Positions 1 through 17,467 of a stretch of 64,000 nt of DNA are shown here, in pieces. How positions within the stretch are numbered: position 1 is the stretch's first letter; the number at the start of each line of letters is the position of its first letter. Location: the NCBI GenBank assembly GCA_964016885.1, contig OZ024740.1, positions 85,808,001 through 85,872,000 on the forward strand, read 5' to 3'. The notes under the pieces were generated by a model that was not told where the DNA came from, made no database searches, and was given only the letters and a program-made list of their open reading frames with translations. Origin of the DNA: Eledone cirrhosa (taxonomy: Eukaryota). Made by a program: the position numbers and the translations under genes.

Positions 1-188
1 ATATATATATAGATAGATAGATAGATAGATAGACACACGTGTGTATGTTCTGTGAAGAATACACATTTCTACAAAAGTACATAAACATGAAAAAATATTT
101 TAAAGCTGTCAGTGAAACCTGATTTTATCTACCGAATTAAAATAAAATAAACTAAAAACTATGTTGCGCAAAGATTTATGTTGATGGA

Positions 189-465
189 CCAACAACAACA
201 AGGACGACAACAACAACAACAAGGACGACAACAACAAAAAGGACGACAACAACAACAAGGATGACAACAAAAAAAAGGACGACAACAACAAGGACGACAA
301 TAACAACAAGGACGACAACAACAACAGCGACAGCAACAACAACAAGGACGACAACAACAAAAAGGACGACAACAACAAGGGCGACAATAACAGCAAGGAC
401 GATAACAAGAACGACGACTAAGACAACAATCACAAGGTCCACAATAGAACACAACGACAACATCC
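189..465. repeat. (AAC)n repeat interspersed with AAGGACGAC units; degenerate left flank of the large satellite
   Basis: Repeated acaacaacaaggacgac motif, about 18-24 bp period, visible directly. Confidence 0.85.
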
Positions 466-547
466 AACACTACCACCACCACAGCAAGAACATCAACAAC
501 AACAGCAGCACCACCATCACCACCAACACTGCCACCACCAACACCAG

Positions 548-3500
548 CAACACCACTGACGATAACAACAGCAATAACAACAACTACAACACCACTGACA
601 ACAACAAAAACAACAACCACAACACAACTGACAATAACAACAACAACAACCACAACACCACTGACAACAACAACAACCACAACACCACTGACAATAACAA
701 CAACAACAACCACAACCCCACTGACAACAACAACAGCAACAACAACAACCTCAACCACAACACCACTGACAACAACAACAACCACAACACCACTGACAAC
801 AACAACAACAACCACAACACAACTGACAACAACAACAACAACAACCACAACACCACTGATAACAACCACAACAACCACAACCACAACACCATTGACAACA
901 ACTATAACCACTACACCACTGACAACAACAACAACAACTACAACACCACTGACAACAACAACAACAACCACAATACCACTGACAACAACAACAACCACAA
1001 CACCACTCACAACAACAACAACAACAACAACCACAACACCACTGACAACAACAACAACAACAACAACAACACCACTGACAACAACAACAACAACCACAAC
1101 ACCACTGACAACAACAAAAACCACAACACCACTGACAACAACAACCACAACAACAACACCACTGACAACAACAAACACAACCACAACACCACTGACGACA
1201 ACAACAACAACACCACTGACAACAGCAACAACAACAACAACAACCACAACACCACTGATAACAGCAACAACACAACCACAACACCACTGACAACAGCAAC
1301 AACAACACCACTGACAACAGCAACAACAACAACAACCACAACACCACTGACAACAGCAACAACACAACCACAACACCACTGACGACAACAACAACAACAG
1401 TAACAACAACAACAACAACCACAACACCACTGACAACAGCAACAACAACATCCACAACACCACTGACAACAACAACAACAACCACAACAACAACACCACT
1501 GACGACAACAACAACAGCACCACTGACAACAACAACAACCACAACCACAACACCACTGACAACAACAACCACAACACCACTGACAACAACAACAACAACC
1601 ACAACCACAACACCACTGACAACAACAACAACAACAACACCACTGACGACAACAACAACAACAACACTACTGACAACAGCAACAACAACAACCACAACAC
1701 CACTGACAACAACAACAACAACCACAACCACAACACCACTGACAACAACAACAACAAATACAACACCAGTGACAACAACAACAACAACAACAACCACAAC
1801 ACCACTGACAACAACAACAACCATAACAACAACACCACTGACAACAACAACAACCACAACACAACTGACAACAACAACAACAACAACAACAACCACAACA
1901 CCACTGACAACAACCACAACCACAACACCACTGACAACAACCACAACCACAACACCACTGACAACAACAACAACCACAACACAACTGACAACAACAACAA
2001 CAACAACAACCGCAACACCACTGACAACAACAACAGCAACAACAAACACAACACCACTGACAACAACAAGAACCACAACAACAACAACAACAACCAGAAC
2101 ACCACTGACCACAATAACAACAACTACAACACCACTGACAACAACAACCACAACCACAACACAACTGACAACAACAACAACAACCACAACACCACTGACA
2201 ACAATAACAACAACTACAACACCACTGTCAACAACAACCACAACCACAACACCACTGACAACAACAACAACAACAACCACAACACAACTGACAACAATAA
2301 CAACAACCACAACCACAACACCACTGACAACAACAACAACAACAACCACAACACAACTGACAACAACAACAACCACAACACAACTGACAACAACAACAAC
2401 AACCACAACACAACTGACAACAACAACAACAACAACTCTGACAACAACAACAGCAACCACAACACCACTGACAACAACAACAACAACAACAACCACAACA
2501 TCACTGACAACAACAACAACAACAACAACAACAACCCAACTGACAACAACAACAACAACAACAACACCATTGACAACAACAACAACAACAACCACAACAC
2601 CTCTGACAACAACAACAACAACAGCAACCACCACACCACTGACAACAACAACAGCAACAACCACAACATCACTGACAACAACAACAACAACAACAACAAC
2701 CACAACACCACTAACAACAACAACAACCACAAAAACAAAGACAACAACAACAACCACAACACCACTGACAACAACAACCACAACACCACTGATAACAACA
2801 ACAACAACCACAACCACAACACCACTGCCAACAACAACAACCACAACACCACTGACAACAACAACAACAACTACAACACCACTGAAAACAACAACAACAA
2901 CCACAACACCACTGACAACAACAACAACCACAACACCACTGACAATAACAACAACAACAACAACAACAACACCACTGACAACAACCACAACACCACTGAT
3001 AACAACAACAACAACCACAACCACAACACCACTGACAACAACAACAACCACAACACCAGTGACAAAAACAACAACAACCACAACACCACTGACAACAACA
3101 ACAACCACAACACAACTGACAACAACAACAACAACAACCACAACACCACTGATGACAACAACAACAACAACCACAACACCACTGACAACAATAACAACAA
3201 CTACAACACCACTGACAACAACAACAGCAACCACAACACCACTGACAATAACAACAACAACAACCACAACACCACTGACAACAACAACAACAACCACAAC
3301 ACCACTGACAACAATAACAACAACTACAACACCACTGACAACAACAACAACAACAGCAACCACAACCATAACACCACTGACAACAACAACAACAACAACC
3401 ACAACACCACTGACAACAACAACAACAACAACCACAACACCATTGACAACAACAACAACAACAACAACCACAACACCACTAACAACAACAACAACCACAA

Positions 3501-6500
3501 CACCACTGACAACAACAACAACAACAACACCACTGACAACAACAACAACAAACACAACACCACTGACAACAACAACAACCACAACACCACTGACAACAAC
3601 AAACACAACCACAACACCACTGACAACAACAACAACCACAACCACAACACCACTGACGACAACAACAACAACACCACTGACAACAGCAACAACAACAACA
3701 ACCACAACACCACTGACAACAGCAACAACACAAACACAACACCACTGACAACAACAACAACAACACCACTGACAACAGCAACAACAACAACAACCACAAC
3801 ACCACTGACAACAGCAACAACACAACCACAACACCACTGACGACAACAACAACAACACCACTGACAACAGCAACAACAACAACAACCACAACACCACTGA
3901 CAACAGCAACAACACAACCACAACACCACTGACGACAACAACAACAACACCACTTACAACAGCAACAACAACATCCACAACACCACTGACAACAACAACA
4001 ACAACCACAACCACAACACCACTGACAACAACAACAACAACACCACTGACAACAACAACAACAACAACACCACTGACAACAACAACAACCACAACACAAA
4101 TGACAACAACAACAACAACAACAACCACAACACCACTGACAACAACCACAACCACAACACCACTGACAACAACAACAACCACAACACAACTGACAACAAC
4201 AACAACAACAACAACCACAACACCACTGACAACAACAACAGCAACAACAAACACAGCACCACTGACAACAACAAGAACCACAACAACAACAACAACAACA
4301 ACCAGAACACCACTGACAACAACAACCACAACACCACTGACAACAACAACAACCACAACACAACTGATAACAACAACAACAACAACCACAACACCACTGA
4401 CAACAACAACAACCACAACACCACTGACAACAACAACAACAACAACCACAACCACAACACCACTTACAACAACAATAACAACAACCACAACACAACTGAC
4501 AACAACAACAACAAAAACCAAAACACCACTGACAACAACAACAACAACCACAACCACAATACCACTGACAACAACAACCACAACCACAACACAACTGACA
4601 ACAACAACAACAACAAGCACAACACAACTGACAACAACAACAACAACCACAACACAACTGACAACAACAACAACAACAACAAAAACACAACTGACAACAA
4701 CAACAACAACAACCACAACACAACTGACAACAACAACAACAACCACAACACAACTGACAACAACAACAACAACAACCACAACACCACTGACAACAACAAC
4801 AACAACCACAACACCACTGACAACAACAACAACAACCACAACACAACTGACAACAACAACAACAACAACAACCACAACACAACTGACAACAACAACAACC
4901 ACAACACAACTGACAACAACAACAACAACCACAACACCTCTGACAACAACAACAACAGCAACCACAACACCACTGACAACAACAACAACAACAACCACAA
5001 CATCACTGACAACAACAACAACAACAACAACAACAACACAACTGACAACAACAACAACAACAACCACAACACCACTGACAACAACAACAACAACCACAAC
5101 ACCTCTGACAACAACAACAACAACAGCAACCACAACACCACTGACAACAACAACAACAACAACCACAACATCACTGACAACAACAACAACAACAACAACA
5201 ACCACAACACCACTAACAACAACAAAAACCACAAAAACAAAGACAACAACAACAACCACAATACCACTGACAACAACAACAACAACAACAACAACCACAA
5301 TTCCATTGAGAACAACAACAACAACCACAACACCACTGATAACAACAACCACAACCACAACACCACTGACAACAACAACAACAACCACAACACCACTGAC
5401 AAGAACAACAACGACTACAACACCACTGAAAACAACAACAACAACCACAACACCACTGACAACAACAACAACCAGAACACCACTGACAACAACAACAACA
5501 ACAACAACAACAACACCACTGACAACAACAACAACAACAACAACCACAACACCACTGATAACAACAACAACAACCACAACCACAACACCACTAACAACAA
5601 CAACAACCACAACACCACTGACAACAACAACAACAACTACAACACCACTGACAAAAACAACAACAACCACAACACCACTGACAACAGCAACAACACAACC
5701 ACAACACCACTGACGACAACAACAACAACACCACTTACAACAGCAACAACAACATCCACAACACCACTGACAACAACAACAACAACCACAACCACAACAC
5801 CACTGACAACAACAACAACAACACCACTGACAACAACAACAACAACCACAACCACAACACCACTGACAACAATAACCACAACACCAATGACAACAACAAC
5901 AACAACAACAACAACACTGACGACAGCAACAACAACAACACTACTGACAATAACAACAACAACCACAACCACAACACCACTGACAACAACAACGACAAAT
6001 ACAACACCACTGACAACAACAACAACCAGAACACCACTGACAACAACAACAACAACAACAACAACACCACTGACAACAACAACAACAACAACAACCACAA
6101 CACCACTGATAACAACAACAACAACCACAACCACAACACCACTAACAACAACAACAACCACAACACCACTGACAACAACAACAACAACTACAACACCACT
6201 GACAAAAACAACAACAACCACAACACCACTGACAACAGCAACAACACAACCACAACACCACTGACGACAACAACAACAACACCACTTACAACAGCAACAA
6301 CAACATCCACAACACCACTGACAACAACAACAACAACCACAACCACAACACCACTGACAACAACAACAACAACACCACTGACAACAACAACAACAACCAC
6401 AACCACAACACCACTGACAACAATAACCACAACACCAATGACAACAACAACAACAACAACAACAACACTGACGACAGCAACAACAACAACACTACTGACA

Positions 6501-6593
6501 ACAACAACAACAACCACAACCACAACACCACTGACAACAACAACGACAAATACAACACCACTGACAACAACAACAACAAATACAACACCACTG

Positions 6594-6624
<31 letters not shown>

Positions 6625-7478
6625 CCACAACACCACTGACAACAACAACAACAACAAATACAACACCACTGACAACAACAACAACAACAACAACCACAAC
6701 ACCACTGACAACGACAACAACCACAACACAAATGACAACAACAACAACAACAACAACCACAACACCACTGACAACAACCACAACCACAACACCACTGACA
6801 ACAACAACAACCACAACACAACTGACAACAACAACAACAACAACAACAACAACCACAACACCACCGACAACAACAACAGCAACAACAAACACAGCACCAC
6901 TGACAACAACAAGAACCACAACAACAACAACAACCAGAACACCACTGACAACAACAACAACCACAACACAACTGAAAACAACAACAACAACAACCACAAC
7001 ACCACTGACAACAACAACAACAACCACAACACCACTGACAACAACAACAACAACAACCACAACCACAACACCACTAACAACAACAATAACAACAACCACA
7101 ACACAACTGACAACAACAACAACCACAACACCACTGACAACAACAACAACAACCACAACCACAATACCACTGACAACAACAACAACAACCACAACACAAC
7201 TGACAACAACAACAACAACAACCACAACACCACTGACAACAACAACAACAACCACAACACCACTGACAACAACAACAACAACCACAACACAACTGACAAC
7301 ATCAACAACCACAACACCACTGATAATAACAACAACAACCACAACCACAACACCACTGACAACAACAACAACAACCACAATTTCACTGAGAACAACAACA
7401 ACAACAACCACAACACCACTGACAACAACAACAACAACCACAATTCCACTGAGAACAACAACAACAACCACAACACCA

Positions 7479-7509
<31 letters not shown>

Positions 7510-8604
7510 CCACAACACCACTGAGAACAACAACCACAACCACAACACCACTGACAAAAACAACAACCACAATTCCACTGAGAACAACAAAAACAACAAC
7601 CACAACACCACTGATAACAACAACAACAACAACCACAACCACCACTGACAACAACAACAACAACCACAATTCCACTGAGAACAACAACAACAACAACCAC
7701 AACACCACTGACAACAACAACAACAACCACAACACCATTGATAACAACAACAACAACAACCACAACACCACTGACAACAATAACAACAACTACAACACCA
7801 CTGACAACAACAACAACAACCACAACACCATTGACAATAACAACAACAACAACCACAACACCACTGACAACAACAACAGCAACAACAAACACAACACCAC
7901 TGACAACAACAAGAACCACAACAACAACAACAACAACCAGAACACCACTGACAACAACAACCACAACACCACTGACAACAACAACAACAACCACAACACA
8001 ACTGACAACAACAACAACAACAACCACAACACCACTGACAACAACAACAACAACCACAACACCACTGACAACAACAACAACAACCACAACCACAACACCA
8101 CTGACAACAACAACAATAACATCCACAACACCTCTGACAACAACAACTACAACACCACTGACAACAACAACCACAACCACAACCACAACACAACTGACAA
8201 CAACAACAACAACAACCACAACACCACTGACAACAACAACAACCACAACCACAACACCACTGACAACAACAACAACAACCACAACACAACTGACAACAAC
8301 AACAACCACAACACAACGGACAACAACAACAACAACCACAACACAACTGACGACAACAACAACAACAACACCTCTGACAACAACAACAACAGCAACCATA
8401 ACACCACTGACAACAACAACAACAACCACAACATCACTGACAACAACAACAACAACAACAACACAACTGACAACAACAACAACAACAACCACAACACCAC
8501 TGACAACAACAACAACAACAACCACAACACCTCTGACAACAACAACAACAACAGCAACCACAACACCACTGACAACAACAACAATAACAACCACAACATC
8601 ACTG

Positions 8605-8635
<31 letters not shown>

Positions 8636-9804
8636 CCACAACACCACTAACAACAACAACAACCACAAAAACAAAGACAACAACAACAACCACAAAACCA
8701 CTGACAACAACAACAACAACCACAATTCCATTGAGAACAACAGCGACAACCACAACACCAATGATAACAACAACAACCACAACCACAACACCACTGACAA
8801 CAACAACAACAACCACAACACCACTGACAAGAACAACAACGACTACAACACCACTGAAAACAACAACAACAACCACAACACCACTGACAACAACAACAAC
8901 CAGAACACCACTGACAACAACAACAACAACAACAACAACAACACCACTGACAACAACAACATCAACAACCACAACACCACTGATAACAACAACAACAACA
9001 ACCACAACACCACTGACAACAATAACAACAACTACAACACCACTGACAACAACAACAACAACCACAACACCATTGACAATAACAACAACAACAACCACAA
9101 CACCACTGACAACAACAACAGCAACAACAAACACAACACCACTGACAACAACAAGAACCACAACAACAACAACAACAACCAGAACACCACTGACAACAAC
9201 AATCACAACACCACTGACAACAACAACAACAACCACAACACCACTGACAACAACAACAACAACCACAACACCACTGACAACAACAACAACAACCACAACA
9301 CCACTGACAACAACAACAACAACCACAACCACAACACCACTGACAACAACAACAATAACATCCACAACACCTCTGACAACAACAACTACAACACCACTGA
9401 CAACAACAACCACAACCACAACCACAACACAACTGACAACAACAACAACAACAACCACAACACCACTGACAATAACAACAACAACCACAACACAACTGAC
9501 AACAACAACAACCACAACACAACGGACAACAACAACAACCACAACACAACTGACGACAACAACAACAACAACACCTCTGACAACAACAACAACAGCAACC
9601 ACAACACCACTGACAACAACAACAACAACCACAACATCACTGACAACAACAACAACAACAACAACACAACTGACAACAACAACAACAACAACCACAACAC
9701 CACTGACAACAACAACAACAACCACAACACCTCTGACAACAACAACAACAACAGCAACCACAACACCACTGACAACAACAACAACAACAACCACAACATC
9801 ACTG

Positions 9805-9835
<31 letters not shown>

Positions 9836-12800
9836 CCACAACACCACTGACAACAACAACAACAAATACAACACCACTGACAACAACAACAACCACAACA
9901 CAACTGACAACAACAACAACAACAACAACCACAACACCACTGACAACAACAACAGCAACAACAAACACAACACCACAGACAACAACAAGAACCACAACAA
10001 CAACAACAACAACCAGAACACCACTGACAACAACAACCACAACACCACTGACAACAACAACAACCACAACACAACTGACAACAACAAAAACAACAACCAC
10101 AACACAACTGACAACAACAACAACAACCACAACAACCACAACACAACTGACGAGAACAACAACAACAACACCTCTGACAACAACAACAACAGCAACCACA
10201 ACACCACTGACAACAACAACAACAACAACCACAACATCACTGACAACAACAACAACAACAACAACAACACAACTGACAACAACAACAACAACAACCACAA
10301 CACCACTGACAACAACAACAACAACCACAACACCTCTGACAACAACAACAACAACAGCAACCACAACACCACTGACAACAACAACAACAACAACCACAAC
10401 ATCACTGACAACAACAACAACAACAACAACAACAACCACAACACCACTAACAACAACAAAAACCACAAAAACAAAGACAACAACAACAACCACAAAACCA
10501 CTGACAACAACAACAACAACAACAACAACCACAATTCCATTGAGAACAACAACAACAACCACAACACCACTGATAACAACAACAACCACAACCACAACAC
10601 CACTGACAACAACAACAACAACCACAACACCACTGACAAGAACAACAACGACTACAACACCACTGAAAACAACAACAACAACCACAACACCACTGACAAC
10701 AACAACAACCAGAACACCACTGACAACAACAACAACAACAACAACCACAACACCACTGATAACAACAACAACAACCACAACCACAACACCACTGACAACA
10801 ACAACAACCACAACACCACTGACAACAACAACAACAACTACAACACCACTGACAAAAACAACAACAACCACAACACCACTGACAACAGCAACAACACAAC
10901 CACAACACCACTGACGACAACAACAACAACACCACTTACAACAGCAACAACAACATCCACAACACCACTGACAACAACAACAACAACCACAACCACAACA
11001 ACACTGAGAACAACAACAACACCACCACTGACAACAACAACAACAACCACAATCACAACACCACTGACAACAACAACCACAACACCACTGACAACGACAA
11101 CAACCACAACACAAATGACAACAACAACAACAACAACAACCACAACACCACTGACAACAACCACAACCACAACACCACTGACAACAACAACAACCACAAC
11201 ACAACTGACAACAAAAACAACAACAACAACAACAACCGCAACACCACCTACAACAACAACAGCTACAACAAACACAGCACCACTGACAACAACAAGAACC
11301 ACAACAACAACAACAACCAGAACACCACTGACAACAACAACCACAACACCACTAACAACAACAACAACCACAACACAACTGACAACAACAACAACAGCAA
11401 CCACAACACCACTGACAACAACAACAACAACCACAACACCACTGACAACAACAACAACAACAACCACAACCACAACACCACTGACAACAACAATAACAAC
11501 AATCACAACACAACTGAAACAACAACAACAACAACCACAACACCACTGACAACAACAACAACAACAACCACAACCACAACACCACTGACAACAACAATAA
11601 CAACAATCACAACACAACTGAAACAACAACAACCACAACCACAACACCACTGACAACAACAATAACAACAATCACAACACAACTGAAACAACAACAACAA
11701 CAACCACAACACAACTGACAACAACAACAACAACAACCACAACACCACTGACAACAACAACAACAAAAATCACAACACCACTGACAACAACAACAACAAC
11801 CACAACACAACTGACAACATCAACAACAAGAACAACCACAACACAACTGACAACAACAACAACAACAACAACAACACCTCTGACAACAACAACAACAACA
11901 TCCACAACACCTCTGACAACAACAACAACAACAGCAACCACAACACCACTGACAACAACAACAACAACAACCACAACATCACTGACAACAACAACAACAA
12001 CAACAACAACCACAACACCACTAACAACAACAACAACCACAACACCACTGACAACAACAACAACCACAACACCACTGACAACAACAACAACAACCACAAT
12101 TCCACTGAGAACAACAACAACAACAACCACAACACCACTCATAATAACAACAACAACCACAACCAGAACACCACTGACAGCAACAACAACAACCACAATT
12201 TCACTGAGAACAACAACAACAACAACCACAACACCACTGACAACAACAACAACAACCACAATTCCACTGAGAACAACAACAACAACCACAACACCACTGA
12301 TAACAACAACAACAACAACAACAACCACAACACCACTGAGAACAACAACAACAACCACAATTCCACTGAGAACAACAACAACACAACCACAACACCATTG
12401 ACAACAACAACAACCACAATTCCACTGAGAACAACAACAACCACAATTCCACTGAGAACAACAACAACAACAACCACAACACCATTGACAACAACAACAA
12501 CCACAACACCACTGATAACAACAACAACAACAACCACAACCACCACTGACAACAACAACAACCACAATTCCACTGAGAACAAGAACAACAACAACCACAA
12601 CACCACTAACAACAACAACAACAACCACAATTCCACTGAGAAAAACAACAACAACAACCACAACACCACTGACAACAACAACAACAACCACAACACCATT
12701 GATAACAACAACAACACCACTGACAACAATAACAACAACTACAACACCACTGACAACAACAACAACAACCACAACACCATTGACAATAACAACAACAACA

Positions 12801-14882
12801 ACCACAACACCACTGACAACAACAACAGCAACAACAAACACAACACCACTGACAACAACAAGAACCACAACAACAACAACAACAACAACAACCACAACAT
12901 CACTGACAACAACAACAACAACAACAACAACACAACTGACAACAACAACAACAACAACCACAACACCACTGACAACAACAACAACAACAACAACCACAAC
13001 ACCTCTGACAACAACAACAACAACAGCAACCACAACACCACTGACAACAACAACAACAACAACCACAACATCACTGACAACAACAACAACAACAACCACA
13101 ACACCACTAACAACAACAACAACCACAAAAACAAAGACAACAACAACAACCACAAAACCACTGACAACAACAACAACAACCACAATTCCATTGAGAACAA
13201 CAACAACAACCACAACACCACTGATAACAACAACAACAACAACCACAACACCACTGAAAACAACAACAACAACCACAACACCACTGACAACAACAACAAC
13301 AACAACCACAACACCACTGACAACAACAATAACAACAACCACAACACCACTGACAACAACAACAACAACAACAACCACAACACCACTAACAACAACAACA
13401 ACCACAACACCACTGACATCAACAACGACAACCACAACACCACTGACAACAACAACAACCACAACACCACTGACAACAACAACAACAACAACAACCACAA
13501 CACCACTGACAACAACAACAACAACAACAACGACAACACCACTGACAACAACAACAACAACAACACCACTGACAACAACAACAACCACAACACCACTGAC
13601 AACAACAACAACCACAACACCACTGACAACAACAACCACAACAACAACACCACTGACAACAACAAACACAACCACAACACTACTGACAACAACAACAACA
13701 ACAAATACAACACCACTGACAACAACAACAACAACAACAACAACCACAACTCCACTGACAACGACAACAACCACAACACAAATGACAACAACAACAACAA
13801 CAACAACCACAACACCACTGACAACAACCACAACCACAACACCACCGACAACAACAACAGCAACAACAAACACAGCACCACTGACAACAACAAGAACCAC
13901 AACAACAACAATAACCAGAACACCACTGACAACAACAACCACAACACCACTAACAACAACAACAACCACAACACAACTGACAACAACAACAACAACAACC
14001 ACAACACCAGTGACAACAACAACAACAACCACAACACCACTGACAACAACAACAACAACAACCACAACCACAACACCACTGACAACAACAATAACAACAA
14101 CCACAACACAACTGACAACAACAACAACAACAACCACAACACCACTGACAACAACAACAACAACCACAACCACAATACCACTGACAACAACAACAACAAC
14201 CACAACACAACTGACAACAACAACAACAACAACAACAAAAACACAACTGACAACAACAACCACAACACAACTGACAACAACAACAACAACCACAACACAA
14301 CTGACAACAACAACAACAACAACCACAACACCACTGACAACAACAACAACAAAAATCACAACACCACTGACAACAACAACAACAACCACAACACAACTGA
14401 CAACATCAACAACAACAACAACCACAACACAACTGACAACAACAACAACAACAACCACAACACCACTGACAACAACAACAACAACATCCACAACACCTCT
14501 GACAACAACAACAACAACAGCAACCACAACACCACTGACAACAACAACAACAACAACCACAACATCACTGACAACAACAACAACAACAACAACAACCACA
14601 ACACCACTAACAACAACAACAACCACAACACCACTGACAACAACAACAACCACAACACCACTGACAACAACAACAACAACCACAATTCCACTGAGAACAA
14701 CAACAACAACAACCACAACACCACTGATAATAACAACAACAACCACAACCACAACACCACTGACAACAACAACAACAACCACAATTTCACTGAGAACAAC
14801 AACAACAACAACCACAACACCACTGACAACAACAACAACAACCACAATTCCACTGAGAACAACAACAACAACCACAACACCA

Positions 14883-14913
<31 letters not shown>

Positions 14914-16251
14914 CCACAACACCACTGAGAACAACAACAACAACCACAATTCCACTGAGAACAACAACAACAACAACCACAACACCACTGACAACAACAA
15001 CAACCACAATTCCACTGAGAACAACAAAAACAACAACCACAACACCACTGATAACAACAACAACAACAACCACAACCACCACTGACAACAACAACAACAA
15101 CCACAATTCCACTGAGAACAACAGCAACAACAACCACAACACCACTAACAACAACAACAACAACCACAATTCCACTGAGAAAAACAACAACAACAACCAC
15201 AACACCACTGACAACAACAACAACAACCACAACACCATTGATAACAACAACAACAACAACCACAACACCACTGACAACAATAACAACAACTACAACACCA
15301 CTGACAACAACAACAACAACCACAACACCATTGACAATAACAACAACAACAACCACAACACCACTGACAACAACAACAGCAACAACAAACACAACACCAC
15401 TGACAACAACAAGAACCACAACAACAACAACAACAACCAGAACACCACTGACAACAACAACAACAACCACAACCACAACACCACTAAAAACAACAACAAT
15501 AACATCCACAACACCTCTGACAACAACAACTACAACACCACTGACAACAACAACCACAACCACAACCACAACACAACTGACAACAACAACAACAACAACC
15601 ACAACACCACTGACAACAACAACAACAACCACAACATAACTGACAACAACAACAACCACAACACAACTGACAACAACAACAACAACCACAACACAACTGA
15701 CGACAACAACAACAATAACACCTCTGACAACAACAACAACAGCAACCACAACACCACTGACAACAACAACAACAACAACCACAACATCACTGACAACAAC
15801 AACAACAACAACAACAACACAACTGACAACAACAACAACAACAACCACAACACCACTGACAACAACAACAACAACAACCACAACACCTCTGACAACAACA
15901 ACAACAACAGCAACCACAACACCACTGACAACAACAACAACAACAACCACAACATCACTGACAACAACAACAACAACCACAACACCACTAACGACAACAA
16001 CAACCACAAATACAAAGACAACAACAACAACCACAAAACCACTGACAACAACAACAACAACCACAATTCCATTGAGAACAACAACAACAACCACAACACC
16101 ACTGATAACAACAACCACAACCACAACACCACTGACAACAACAACAACAACCACAACACCACTGACAAGAACAACAACGACTACAACACCACTGAAAACA
16201 ACAACAACAACCACAACACCACTGACAACAACAACAACCAGAACACCACTG

Positions 16252-16282
<31 letters not shown>

Positions 16283-16836
16283 CCACAACCACAACACCAC
16301 TGACAACAACAATAACGACAACCACAACACAACTGACAACAACAACAACAACAACCACAACACCACTGACAACAACAACAACAACCACAACCACAACACC
16401 ACTGACAACAACAACAACAACCACAACACAACTGACAACTACAACAACAACAAACACAACACAACTGACAACAACAACAACAACAACCACAACACAACTG
16501 ACAACAACAACAACAACCACAACACAACTCACAACAACAACAACAACAACAACCACAACACCACTGACAACAACAACAACAACAACCATAACACCACTGA
16601 CAACAACAACAACAACCACAACCACAATACCACTGACAACAACAACAACAACCACAACACAACTGACAACATCAACAACAAGAACAACCACAACACAACT
16701 GACAACAACAACAACAACAACAACAACACCTCTGACAACAACAACAACAACATCCACAACACCTCTGACAACAACAACAACAACAGCAACCACAACACCA
16801 CTGACAACAACAACAACAACAACCACAACATCACTG

Positions 16837-16867
<31 letters not shown>

Positions 16868-17436
16868 CCACAACACCACTAACAACAACAACAACCACAA
16901 CACCACTGACAACAACAACAACCACAACACAACTGACAACAACAACAACAACAACCACAACACCACTGACAACAACAACAACAACCACAACCACAACACC
17001 ACTGACAACAACAACAACAACCACAACACAACTGACAACTACAACAACAACAAACACAACACAACTGACAACAACAACAACAACAACCACAACACAACTG
17101 ACAACAACAACAACAACCACAACACAACTCACAACAACAACAACAACAACAACCACAACACCACTGACAACAACAACAACAACAACCATAACACCACTGA
17201 CAACAACAACAACAACCACAACCACAATACCACTGACAACAACAACAACAACCACAACACAACTGACAACATCAACAACAAGAACAACCACAACACAACT
17301 GACAACAACAACAACAACAACAACAACACCTCTGACAACAACAACAACAACATCCACAACACCTCTGACAACAACAACAACAACAGCAACCACAACACCA
17401 CTGACAACAACAACAACAACAACCACAACATCACTG

Positions 17437-17467
<31 letters not shown>
